In this document: positions 18,459 to 28,128 of the stretch, piece after piece
Numbering within the stretch: position 1 is the first letter of the stretch
Layout: the number at the start of each line of letters is the position of its first letter
Notes under the pieces: generated by a model
Told to the model about the DNA's origin: nothing
Seen by the model: the letters and a program-made list of their open reading frames with translations, nothing else
Database searches by the model: none
Program-made: the position numbers and the translations under genes
From: Alphaproteobacteria bacterium
Lineage (GTDB): Bacteria; Pseudomonadota; Alphaproteobacteria; UBA828
Assembly: GCA_965214705.1 (NCBI GenBank)
Contig: CBDCCI010000002.1
Coordinates: 1,184,001 to 1,248,000 of the forward strand
Length of the DNA stretch: 64,000 nt
Direction: 5' to 3'

Positions 18459-19883
18459 TCAGTCGTTCTCGGCGCTCGCGCCGTCGCCGAGCTTCTCCAG
18501 CAGCGACTCCATGTCGGAGAGCTGATCGTTCTGGCGAGCCTCGACGCCAAAAGCCGAGACCATGAGGTTCTGGAGCTTCAGCATGTCGTACTGGTAGGTC
18601 GCGAGCGGCTTGGACTCGTCCTTCACGTAGTTGCCCTGGCTGTCGATGTCGGTGACCTGGCTCAGGTTGAGCAGCACCGGGCCGAAGCCGATGATCCGGT
18701 TGAGCCTCACCGCCGTCTCGCCCAGGTTGTCGCGGCCGGTCTGCAGCGCCAGCGCGAAGCCCTTCAGCTCGCCCCAGTGTTTGGCGTAGGCGCGGAAGAC
18801 CTTGGCGGGGTCGCCGCCGGAGTCGAGGATGGTCTCGAGCTTGCCGAGGTCCTTGTAGACCGAGCCCGCGTACTTGAACACGGCCTCCGCAAGAACCTGT
18901 TCCCAGTTGGTGCGGATCGTCTCGGCGTAGTCCTGGAGCGCGCTGCGCTGGTCGTCGGTGAGCGCCGCACCGTTCGCCTCTGTGATCACCTTGCGCCCGT
19001 CGAGGAAGGCGCGGGTGATGGTGTGGAGGTAGTCGGTGCCGGACTTGTCGAAGGCGGCGGCGTAGTAGGCCAGCCCGAAGGTCATCTCGCTCTTGAGGTC
19101 GACCGCGCCGTCCAGGTCATGATCCGCATAGGCCAGCGCGTCCTCCGGTTTCTCGGACTTGCTGCCCTGCTTGGCGATCTCGTAGACCGCCTGCGGGGTC
19201 AGCGACAGCGTGTGCGCAGGCGTGCCGAAGTAGCCGAACGCCTCATCCCAGGAATGCTCCTTGCCGGTGTAGGCGGCGCCTTCCTTGTAGGGCTTGTCGT
19301 TGGGCTTGGTGTCCGCCCGCAGCTTCTCGTCCAGGTAGTTGTCGACCGCCTGGTTGTAGAACACCGCACCCAGGAGGAACTTGGAGATGAGCTGTGGATA
19401 GTCGTAGCCGTTCGCCGCATCGAAGCCCTTCTCCGCCGCCGACGCCTTGTCGATCCAGAACGTGAGGAGCTCCGGCCCGGTCATGTTGTTGGGCATGCCC
19501 GGCACCGCGCCCTTGTAGGTCTTGCCGGCGAGGTTGGTGCCCTTGCTGAGCTCGTCGACGCCGCTCTGCTTCACCACGAACGGCCCCTTGCTGGCCGGCG
19601 CGATGATCGCGCGGCCCTCGTCCTTGCCCTCGAAGTAGGAGAGCATCGTGGCTTTCAGCGCGTCGTCCGGCGCGCCGGTGCCCTTGCCGGCGAGCTTCTT
19701 CAGGGAATCGTGCAGGACCTGGCGGGCAATCTGGCCGCCGTAGGAGACCGACGTCGTCGCCGAGCCCTCATAGCCCTTCAGGGTGACCGGAAAACCCGCA
19801 TAGATGTCATCTTGCCCGTGCGCTGCCACGGGCAGCACGGCGAGGGCGAAGAGGGCGGTTCCCGCAGTAATCGTTCGCTTCAT
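18459..19883 (-). CDS. Secreted DUF4856-like protein (putatively iron-related)
   Basis: Start MKRTITAG with RBS and signal peptide (..AAHG). SVSYGGQIAR, QLISKFLLGAVFYNQAVDNYLDE, EHSWDEAFGYFG, KHWGELKGF. Confidence 0.8.
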   Translation of the reverse strand: MKRTITAGTALFALAVLPVAAHGQDDIYAGFPVTLKGYEGSATTSVSYGGQIARQVLHDSLKKLAGKGTGAPDDALKATMLSYFEGKDEGRAIIAPASKGPFVVKQSGVDELSKGTNLAGKTYKGAVPGMPNNMTGPELLTFWIDKASAAEKGFDAANGYDYPQLISKFLLGAVFYNQAVDNYLDEKLRADTKPNDKPYKEGAAYTGKEHSWDEAFGYFGTPAHTLSLTPQAVYEIAKQGSKSEKPEDALAYADHDLDGAVDLKSEMTFGLAYYAAAFDKSGTDYLHTITRAFLDGRKVITEANGAALTDDQRSALQDYAETIRTNWEQVLAEAVFKYAGSVYKDLGKLETILDSGGDPAKVFRAYAKHWGELKGFALALQTGRDNLGETAVRLNRIIGFGPVLLNLSQVTDIDSQGNYVKDESKPLATYQYDMLKLQNLMVSAFGVEARQNDQLSDMESLLEKLGDGASAEND

Positions 19884-19941
19884 GGTGTCGACTCCCTTGT
19901 CTCTGGCCTGAGATGACCCGCGCGCAGGACCCCGGCGCGAG

Positions 19942-20538
19942 CTAATGCAGCGTGCGCGGCGCGGCCGCTCCCGGCGTTTCTCCCGCAGGGCAACCCGCGT
20001 GCTCGGCGAGCATGAGCCGCTGCGGGAGCTGGAATCCGGCCTCGCGCAGCACCCTCGCGAACGCGGCGCCGTCGGCCGCGGCGATCCGCACGCCTGCCGG
20101 CGGCAGAAACCAGGAGAGGAGGGCGGCGGCGTGCCGGTGGTCGCCCTCCTGGCAGCTCGCGAGAAACGACAGGAAGAGCCGCTCGTCGTTGCTGACGAAG
20201 CGGCAGCACATGGGGTTGAGGCGCAGGCTGCGCCCGCCCGCCCGGCCGAAGATGTTGAGGGCGCGCTCCAGCGCCTCCGCCGCTTCTGTTCCGGCCGCAG
20301 GCCCCCCGGTCGGGCAGAGCGCAACGCTGAGCTCGCCGCTGACGCGCGTCAGGATGTCCTGCCGGTATGCCGAGGCCTCGGTCTCCGTCCCCGCAGCGTC
20401 ATGGCCGGCGTTGGCCAGCCGGCGCGCCGACCACAGTACCAACTGCTCGGCGAAGGTGAGGCGGGGAATCGTCATCCCCGGCCCGTTGCGGCGTCGCGGC
20501 GCCGGTGCCTGCGCCTCCCGTTGCGTCGCGCCCTTCAT
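19942..20538 (-). CDS. Hypothetical protein (LTFAEQLVLWSAR...CCRFVSNDERLFL)
   Basis: Plausible codon usage, co-oriented with the DUF4856 gene, Cys-containing 'CC..VS.DE' motif. Start uncertain. Confidence 0.6.
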   Translation of the reverse strand: MKGATQREAQAPAPRRRNGPGMTIPRLTFAEQLVLWSARRLANAGHDAAGTETEASAYRQDILTRVSGELSVALCPTGGPAAGTEAAEALERALNIFGRAGGRSLRLNPMCCRFVSNDERLFLSFLASCQEGDHRHAAALLSWFLPPAGVRIAAADGAAFARVLREAGFQLPQRLMLAEHAGCPAGETPGAAAPRTLH

Positions 20539-20575
20539 CCCTGTCCTCGCCGGTCCGCGGTGCGTCGTCTCGATC

Positions 20576-20641
20576 TGCGAATAACTCTCATTTCGGGCAG
20601 TGTAGCCGCCGACTCAGCAAATGCAACTCATTATTATTATC
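20576..20641 (-). promoter_or_regulatory. AT-rich Fur-like boxes upstream of the hypothetical-DUF4856-desaturase unit
   Basis: Minus strand GATAATAATAATGAGTTGCATT (20620-20641) and AAATGAGAGTTATTCGCA (20576-20593) resemble Fur-family hexamer arrays and stand out from the GC-rich background. Confidence 0.6.
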
Positions 20642-20790
20642 GTCGTATGCGGCCGACGGGGTGTCGATTCGTCCGCCTCAGTCGCACCCCGACTCCGCGG
20701 GTATACCAGAAGCTTGATGAATAATTCGCGCGGGTCCGCTATCCATCCCGGAGCGGCACATGTCGCAACCCATTCGGGAGGCCCTGCAGA

Positions 20791-21828
20791 ATGAAGTTCC
20801 AGCTCGCCATCAACATGGAGCGGCTCGCGCCCGACCTCGACATGACCGATGTCGAGCGCCACACGCTGGAGATGGTGCAGATGGCCGACGACGGCGGCTT
20901 CGCCATCGCCTGGGCCGCAGAGCACCACGCGTTGGAGATGACCATCGCGCCCAACCCCTTCCAGATCCTCACCTGGTGGGCCGCCCATACGAGCCGCATC
21001 CGGCTCGGCTCGGCGGTGGTGGTGGCGGCCTACTGGCACCCGATCAAGGCGGCGGGCGAGGCCGCGCTGCTGGACCTCTACAGTGGCGGGCGGCTCGAGT
21101 TCGGCATCGGCTCCGGCGCTTACCAGCGCGAGTTCGACCGCATGCATCCTGGGCTGCAGCGCAACGACGCGTTCCAATACATGTTCGAGATGCTGCCCGT
21201 GGTGAAAGCGCTCTGGCAGGGCGATCACGCGCACGAGGGCGAGTTCTGGTCATTCCCGGCCGCGACCTCGGTGCCGAAGCCGCTGCAAAAGCCGCATCCG
21301 CCGATCTGGATCGCGGCGCGCTCGCCGGACACCTACGACTTCGCCGTGAAACACGAATGCAATATTCTCTCCTGGCCGCTCACCCGCCCGATGTCGGAGG
21401 TCGAGGCCTACAGGGGGCGCATGGAGTCAGCCCTCGCCGACAACCCCGGCAAGCGACGGCCGATCTTCGCCACCATGCGTCACACTGTGGTGTACGACAC
21501 TGCGGCGGAGTGGGAGGTGCCGGTGAAGGCCGCGATTCGCCAGTTCGGCCAGTTCGAGAACCTGTTCAAGAACTTGGGCGACGTCGCTAACGGCTTCCCG
21601 CGCACCATCCCCCTCTCGGAGCTGGAGAACCGGGGCGAGTACGACCCGCGCATGCTCCACGACAACCTGATGTTCGGCACGCCCGACGAGGTGATCGAGA
21701 AGCTCAGGGCCTACGAGGCGCTCGGCGTCGACCAGTTCACCTACTACGCGAGCCTCGGCCTCGGCATGAAGGAGCAGAAGCGCTCCATGCGGCTCTTCAT
21801 CGACGAGGTGATGCCGGCCTTCACATGA
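20791..21828 (+). CDS. LLM-class (luciferase-like) flavin-dependent monooxygenase
   Basis: WAAEHH, TSRIRLGSAV, GRLEFGIGSG, PKPLQKPHPPIW, FGTPDEVIEKL. Confidence 0.93.
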   Translation: MKFQLAINMERLAPDLDMTDVERHTLEMVQMADDGGFAIAWAAEHHALEMTIAPNPFQILTWWAAHTSRIRLGSAVVVAAYWHPIKAAGEAALLDLYSGGRLEFGIGSGAYQREFDRMHPGLQRNDAFQYMFEMLPVVKALWQGDHAHEGEFWSFPAATSVPKPLQKPHPPIWIAARSPDTYDFAVKHECNILSWPLTRPMSEVEAYRGRMESALADNPGKRRPIFATMRHTVVYDTAAEWEVPVKAAIRQFGQFENLFKNLGDVANGFPRTIPLSELENRGEYDPRMLHDNLMFGTPDEVIEKLRAYEALGVDQFTYYASLGLGMKEQKRSMRLFIDEVMPAFT

Positions 21829-21865
21829 CGGCGCTTGTCGGGCCAGTGATGAACGGCGGCGGCCG

Positions 21866-22714
21866 ATGAGCGCAGGTCACGCGGGCGAGACGGCCTGGGA
21901 GCGGCACGGCAGCGGTCCGCCGATCGTTCTAATCCACGGTTTCGGGCTCAACCGCGCGATGTGGCAGTGGCAGCTCCCGGCGCTCACGCCACATTTCAGC
22001 GTGCTGACCTACGATCTACTGGGGCACGGTGAGAGTGCGTCGCCGCACGGCACGCCCAGCCTCGCCATGTTCTCCCGGCAGCTTCTCGGGCTCATGGACC
22101 GCTGCGGCATCGAGCGCGCGGCTCTCGTTGGTTTCTCGCTTGGCGGCATGATCGCGCGCCGCGTCGCGCTGGATCATGCGGACCGGCTCTCGGCGCTCGC
22201 GATCCTGAACTCGCCCCACGACCGCAGCCCCGCCGAACGCGAGGCGGTCCGCCTGCGCGTCCGCCAGACCGAGGCGCAGGGGCCGTCCGCCAACGTGGAG
22301 CCCGCCCTCGAACGTTGGTTCACGCCGGCCTTCCGCGCCGAAGCGCCGGAGACCATCGCGCTCGTCCGTGCGTGGATCACGGGCAACGATCCCGCCGTCT
22401 ACCCGCGGATCTACCGGGTGCTGGCCGAGGGCGACGCCGAGTTGGTCCAGGGGCTGGAGCAGATCGCGTGTCCCACCCTGGTGATGACCGGCGAGGACGA
22501 CCCCGGCAACACGCCCGCCATGGCGCAGGCTATGGCTGGGTCGATCCCCGGCGCCCGGCTCGTGATCCTGCCCGGCCTCAGGCACATGGCGCTCGCCGAA
22601 GCGCCGCATGCGGTCAACGCGCCGCTTTGCAGCTTCCTACGCGACGCAACAACTAGGCTCCAAGAATCTGTACACGGATCGGGGACGGTCGGCCCCCTGC
22701 GGCCGGGTTGTTGA
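21866..22714 (+). CDS. Alpha/beta fold hydrolase (enol-lactonase-like)
   Basis: LIHGFG, YDLLGHG, GFSLGG nucleophile, GEDD, H in GLRHM. Confidence 0.9.
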   Translation: MSAGHAGETAWERHGSGPPIVLIHGFGLNRAMWQWQLPALTPHFSVLTYDLLGHGESASPHGTPSLAMFSRQLLGLMDRCGIERAALVGFSLGGMIARRVALDHADRLSALAILNSPHDRSPAEREAVRLRVRQTEAQGPSANVEPALERWFTPAFRAEAPETIALVRAWITGNDPAVYPRIYRVLAEGDAELVQGLEQIACPTLVMTGEDDPGNTPAMAQAMAGSIPGARLVILPGLRHMALAEAPHAVNAPLCSFLRDATTRLQESVHGSGTVGPLRPGC

Positions 22715-23279
22715 CTTGAGGGCAGTTGGAGACGATCGCGAGGACGTCGCGCTCGGCCCGCAGATCGACGTGATCGCCGGGCTTGGACGGGCCGTCGACG
22801 AAGGTCCGCTCTGCCAGACGGCCCTCTTCATGGATCGGCACAGCGCAGAAGAAGTTCACGTTGGGCACGATGTCCGTCCACCCCAGGCCGTGTTCCGCCA
22901 GGGCGGTCAGGAAGTTCTCGCGGCATCCCGGTGCGTCTTCCACGCCGTAGAGCATGGCGTTGCTGGGGGCGCTGCAGCAGCCGGCAATGGTATCGTGATG
23001 GCCGCAGGTGTCGGCGACGATCGTGAAGAGCGGTCGTCCCCGGTCCGAGTAGAGCGCGTGGCCCGTGGTCAGGCGAAGAGTGCCGCTCTTCTTGATCGTG
23101 TTCGGCGCATAGTAGCGTTCGCTCGGGTCACCCGCGTCGTAGCACAGGAAATCGACGCCCTGTTCGCCCTCCAGGTCGACGATGCGCAACACCTGGTCCC
23201 GCTGCAGGCGGGCCGACCACGGAGCGCCCGGTGCCACGATCTCGTCCTGGATAACAGGTAGCGCATCCTCTTCGTTCAT
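22653..23279 (-). CDS. Urea carboxylase-associated DUF1989 family protein
   Basis: LRIVDLEGEQGVD, HDTIAGCCS, CRENF, NVNFF, SNCPQVNNP; RBS GGAGG before MNEEDAL. Confidence 0.88.
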   Translation of the reverse strand: MNEEDALPVIQDEIVAPGAPWSARLQRDQVLRIVDLEGEQGVDFLCYDAGDPSERYYAPNTIKKSGTLRLTTGHALYSDRGRPLFTIVADTCGHHDTIAGCCSAPSNAMLYGVEDAPGCRENFLTALAEHGLGWTDIVPNVNFFCAVPIHEEGRLAERTFVDGPSKPGDHVDLRAERDVLAIVSNCPQVNNPAAGGRPSPIRVQILGA

Positions 23280-23425
23280 CGCCGCGTCCTCCAGTCTGAC
23301 CCGTCGCATACCCTAACCCATCCGGGACGCATCGAATTCCGGTGAGGCATCCTGGAACGGGAGAGCGCGCCCGCCAGGGAACGACGGATGGTCCTCTGAC
23401 GTGAAACCTGGCGCCGGATAGCGCT

Positions 23426-24295
23426 CTACCCAAACGCGGCGAGGACCCCGACGCCGCCCACCACCATCGCGACGCCACCCCATTGCAGCGGCGAGACCGG
23501 CTCGCGCAGGAAGATGCGCGCCAGCACTACCGTGACCACCGTGTAGCCCACGCTCGCCACGATCGCGTATTCGCCGTTGGGGAGGCCGAGGCCGGTGTAG
23601 AGCAGCAGGTGGCCCATGGTATCGAGGACCCCGAAGGCCAACAGAATCGGCCAGGCCCGTGCCGGGAAGCGGACACGCTCGCGGCGGGCGAGCACGATCG
23701 TCGCGAGCGCCACGAAGCCGATGAGGCGAACCACCAGCACGGTCTGCCAGGGGCCGTAGATGTCGATAGCCCGGTCGGCGGCGGTGAGCGAGGCGGCAAA
23801 GGTCGCCGCCGCACCCAGCGAGCAGAGGATGGTCCGTCTGACCACGGCGGGCGCGTATTCCGGTGCGGAGCCTTCGGCAGGCATCGCCCGCGCCACTAGC
23901 CAGACCCCCGCCATGGTGGCGACCATGGCGCCCCAATGGAGCGGGTCGGGACGGGCACCGAGGGCGACTGAAATGGGCACCGCGATCGCCGGGTAGCAGG
24001 CCACCACCGGCGAGGCGAGCGACACCGGACCGTGAGTGATGGCGTGATAGAACAGAAGCGAGCCGATCACGGTGCCGGCGCCGATGCCGAAGAGCCAGTG
24101 GATGCCGTCGAGGCGCCAGTCGAAGGGCACGCCCGACGCCGCCATGATGGCCGCAATCAGCGCGGCACCGATCGTCATCATCGTGCAGGTCGCGACGAGG
24201 ACGCCCACCGAGCGGCCAGCGAAACGCGCGATGACGTCCGAGAGGCCCCAGGCGAGCGCGCAGCCCGCGCCCCAGGCGGCCGCGCTCTCTAACAT
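23426..24295 (-). CDS. DMT/EamA family transporter
   Basis: About ten hydrophobic helices, GPVSLASPV and FLREPV..LQW.G motifs. Confidence 0.85.
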   Translation of the reverse strand: MLESAAAWGAGCALAWGLSDVIARFAGRSVGVLVATCTMMTIGAALIAAIMAASGVPFDWRLDGIHWLFGIGAGTVIGSLLFYHAITHGPVSLASPVVACYPAIAVPISVALGARPDPLHWGAMVATMAGVWLVARAMPAEGSAPEYAPAVVRRTILCSLGAAATFAASLTAADRAIDIYGPWQTVLVVRLIGFVALATIVLARRERVRFPARAWPILLAFGVLDTMGHLLLYTGLGLPNGEYAIVASVGYTVVTVVLARIFLREPVSPLQWGGVAMVVGGVGVLAAFG

Positions 24296-24556
24296 CGACC
24301 CGCTGTCACGATGTCATGCGATCATGCGGGGCAGCCGTCCGCGCGCGTGCTGGCGGCCGGGTGAGTGGGACGGTACGAGGGCGGGGCCATGGCGGCGCGG
24401 ATTATGGGCGAGGGTGCCTGCGATGGCGACCCGGCCGCTTCCGCCTCGGCATCAGAAACTTGTTGCTCCATCCGCCGGGCGATGTCGTAATTGGAATAGT
24501 ACGCAGTGCGTGCATGACCAGATCGGCCAGGGAGGCGCCTGACCGGCGTCGTTGCC

Positions 24557-25573
24557 ATGAGGACCACCGACCCTGGGAACCAGTTCGGCTTCCTGATGGT
24601 CCCGAAATTCTCGCTCGGCGCGCTGTCCAGCGCGATCGAGTCGCTTCGGCTCGCGAACTACGTCAGCGGCCAGACCCTCTACGAATGGCACACCGTCTCC
24701 GCGGACGGCGAGGCCGTGGCGTCATCCGCAGGGCTCAGCGTCGCCGCGGACCTGTCGATCGGAGACGCCGCCGAACGGCTTTCAACTGTCTTCGTCTGTG
24801 GCGGTATCGATACCCACCTGTTCAAGGACGCGCGACTCGCCGTCTGGCTGCGCCAGATCGAGCGGCGCGGCACCAACATCGGCGCGCTCTGCACAGGCAG
24901 CCACGTGCTCGCGCGCCTCGGGCTGCTCGACGGCTATCGCTGCACCATCCATTGGGAAAACCTGCCGGGCTTCATCGAAGATTTTCCCAGCGTCGAGGTC
25001 AGCGAGGACATCTTCGTCATCGACCGCAACCGCTACACCTGCGCGGGCGGCATGGCGGCCTCCGACATGATGCTGAGCTTCATCAACCGCGATCACGGCT
25101 ACGAGTTGGCCGCAGCGGTCTCGGAGGGGCTGGTGTGCGAGCGCATCAGGGGCGAGGACGACCACCAGCGGATGGCGTTGCGCCTTCGCCTCGCGGTGAG
25201 CCAGCCCAAGCTGCTCGCCACCATCAACGTAATGTCCGAGAACATCGAGGCGCCGCTCAGCCAGACCGAGCTCGCGCGGGAAATCGGCCTCTCGACCCGC
25301 CAGCTGGAGCGGCTGTTCCTGAAGTACCTGAACTGCACGCCCAGCCGCTATTACCTCGACATGCGGCTCAACCGCGCGCGCGCCCTGCTGCAGCAGACCT
25401 GCATGTCGGTGACCAACGTGGCGCTGGCCACCGGCTTCGTCTCGGCATCGCATTTCTCGAAGTCGTACCGCCTGCACTTCGGGCACGCACCGCGCGACAC
25501 CAAGCGGCTGACCAGCGGCTCGCCTCCCTTCCGCGCGGTCGACGCCGAATTGCCGGAGCCGGCGTCACTGTAA
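24557..25573 (+). CDS. GlxA/GbdR-type AraC transcriptional regulator with GATase1-like domain
   Basis: E.LRLAN, ALCTG, LLDGYRCTIHWE, YTCAGG; C-terminal HTH LSTRQLERLF...GFVSASHFSKSY. Confidence 0.93.
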   Translation: MRTTDPGNQFGFLMVPKFSLGALSSAIESLRLANYVSGQTLYEWHTVSADGEAVASSAGLSVAADLSIGDAAERLSTVFVCGGIDTHLFKDARLAVWLRQIERRGTNIGALCTGSHVLARLGLLDGYRCTIHWENLPGFIEDFPSVEVSEDIFVIDRNRYTCAGGMAASDMMLSFINRDHGYELAAAVSEGLVCERIRGEDDHQRMALRLRLAVSQPKLLATINVMSENIEAPLSQTELAREIGLSTRQLERLFLKYLNCTPSRYYLDMRLNRARALLQQTCMSVTNVALATGFVSASHFSKSYRLHFGHAPRDTKRLTSGSPPFRAVDAELPEPASL

Positions 25574-25616
25574 CCGGCGCCGCGCCAGGGCGACGCGGTC
25601 AGGCGAATTAGGACTT

Positions 25617-25643
25617 TGTCGCGGGCCGGCAAGCCGGTGTCGC
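25617..25643 (+). promoter_or_regulatory. AraC (ArgR/GbdR-type) direct-repeat binding site TGTCGC-N8-AA-N5-TGTCGC
   Basis: Sequence TGTCGCgggccggcAAgccggTGTCGC, 21-bp period, between the regulator and the corrinoid operon. Confidence 0.65.
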
Positions 25644-25788
25644 GTGTAGGACAGACTGTCCGCCCCCATGTGATTGAAGAGAAACCGGGCTAAGGTGCCG
25701 CGCCGCGTGCCCGCAACGCGGGTCTGTAACGCAAGCGTGCGGTGCCGATAAGCAACAGCCCGGCGCCGTCAACGCCCGAATCAGGACA

Positions 25789-26505
<717 letters not shown>

Positions 26506-26517
26506 CGCTCGCGCGCA

Positions 26518-27201
26518 ATGGTAGAAGCCGCGACGCCTGAGCACACTGACCTCTCGGTCGATGAGGAGGCCGCCTTCGCGTCCGCCGGGCCGGCCCGTGC
26601 GCTCATCATTGCCTGCGGCGCGCTCGCCCGCGAGATCGTGGATTTCCGCGCGGCCAACGGCTTCGATCACCTCGACATCACCTGCCTGCCCGCCAAGCTG
26701 CACAACCGCCCGCACCTCATCCCCGAGGCGGTGCGCACGAAGATCAAGGCCAACAAGGCCGACTACCGCGCCATCTTCGTCGCCTACGGCGATTGCGGCA
26801 CCGGCGGCCTGCTCGACACGGTGATCGCGGAGGAAGGCGTCGAGCGTATCGACGGGCCGCATTGTTACGCCTTCTACACCGGCCAGGAGGCGTTCGCCGC
26901 CATCACCGACGATGATCCCACCCAGTTCTTCCTGACCGACTACATGGTGCGCCACTTCGACCGGCTGATCATCGAGGGCCTGGGGCTGGACCGCTGGCCC
27001 GAGCTGCGCGACGACTACTTCGGCAACTACACCAACTGCGTCTACATCTCCCAGGTCCGCGACGCGGCGCTGGAGGCCAAGGCCCGCGTGGCGGCCGAGC
27101 GGCTGGGGCTCGGCTATGTCCACCGGCATGTGGGCTACGGCGAGCTCGCGGGCTTCATGGAAGCGGCCGCCGCCGCCGGCGAGCAAGCAGGAGCGCCATG
27201 A
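26518..27201 (+). CDS. DUF1638 domain protein
   Basis: IACGALARE, LHNRP, YGDCGTGG.LD, GPHCY, FFLTDY, YFGNY. Confidence 0.85.
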   Translation: MVEAATPEHTDLSVDEEAAFASAGPARALIIACGALAREIVDFRAANGFDHLDITCLPAKLHNRPHLIPEAVRTKIKANKADYRAIFVAYGDCGTGGLLDTVIAEEGVERIDGPHCYAFYTGQEAFAAITDDDPTQFFLTDYMVRHFDRLIIEGLGLDRWPELRDDYFGNYTNCVYISQVRDAALEAKARVAAERLGLGYVHRHVGYGELAGFMEAAAAAGEQAGAP

Positions 27202-28124
27202 CACGCACCGTCGTCAGTTCCGCCACCAAAGAGGTGGTGATTGGGTTCGGCGAGCCCTTCTGCATCATCGGCGAGCGGATCAACCCCACCGGACGCAAGC
27301 TGCTGATGGCGGAGATGGCGGCGGGCGACTATTCGCGTGTGGAGAAGGACGCGCTGGCCCAGGTCGCCGCCGGTGCGCACATGCTGGACGTGAACGCGGG
27401 CGTGCCGCTCGCCGACGAGCCCAAGATCCTCGCCGAGTGCATCCAGCTGGTCCAATCGCTGGTGGACGTGCCGCTCTCCATCGACAGCTCCATCGTGGCC
27501 GCGCTGGAGGCGGGTCTGGAGGTCTATCAGGGCAAGCCGCTGCTCAACTCGGTGACCGGCGAGGAGGAGCGACTGGAATCGGTGCTACCGCTGGTGAAGA
27601 AGTACTGCTGCGCCGTCGTCGCCATCTCCAACGACGAGAGCGGCATCTCCGAGGACCCCGACGAGCGCTTCGCCATCGCGAAGATGATCGTCGAGCGCGC
27701 CATGGACCACGGCATCCCCAAGGAGGACGTGGTGGTGGACCCGCTGGTCATGCCCATCGGCGCCATCAACAAGGCGGGCGTGCAGGCCTTCGCCATCATG
27801 CGCCGGCTCAAGGAGGAGCTCGGCGTCAACTCCACCTGCGGCGCGTCCAACATCGGCTTCGGCCTGCCCAACCGGCCCAGCGTGAATGCGGCGTTTCTCA
27901 GCATGGCCGCGCGCTCGGGCCTCACCTCCGCGATCATGAACCCGCTGCACGAGGCCGAGATCGCCGCGGTCATGGCCGCCGACATGATGAACGGCAACGA
28001 TCCCGATTGCGCGCGCTGGCTCGGACGCTTCCGCGAGCCGGCAGGCGCGAATGGCGGCGAGGGCCGGCGCGGCCGGCGCGAGGGGCGCCGGCGCCGGCGG
28101 GAGGGCGCCGCCGTCAGCGCGTGA
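27198..28124 (+). CDS. Methyltetrahydrofolate:corrinoid methyltransferase (pterin-binding domain)
   Basis: IIGERINPTGRK, LDVNAG, SIDS, NSVTGE, DPLVMP, GASNIGFGLPNR. Confidence 0.93.
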   Translation: MTRTVVSSATKEVVIGFGEPFCIIGERINPTGRKLLMAEMAAGDYSRVEKDALAQVAAGAHMLDVNAGVPLADEPKILAECIQLVQSLVDVPLSIDSSIVAALEAGLEVYQGKPLLNSVTGEEERLESVLPLVKKYCCAVVAISNDESGISEDPDERFAIAKMIVERAMDHGIPKEDVVVDPLVMPIGAINKAGVQAFAIMRRLKEELGVNSTCGASNIGFGLPNRPSVNAAFLSMAARSGLTSAIMNPLHEAEIAAVMAADMMNGNDPDCARWLGRFREPAGANGGEGRRGRREGRRRRREGAAVSA

Positions 28125-28128
28125 GCGC

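Noticed and set aside
23280-23425. Guanidine riboswitch upstream of DUF1989
   Set aside because: Could not see guanidine-I, -II (paired ACGR hairpins) or -III consensus elements by eye; an Infernal search is needed to exclude it fully.
25644-25788. Cobalamin or SAM riboswitch ahead of the corrinoid operon
   Set aside because: No B12-box or SAM-II/SAM-SAH consensus recognisable.
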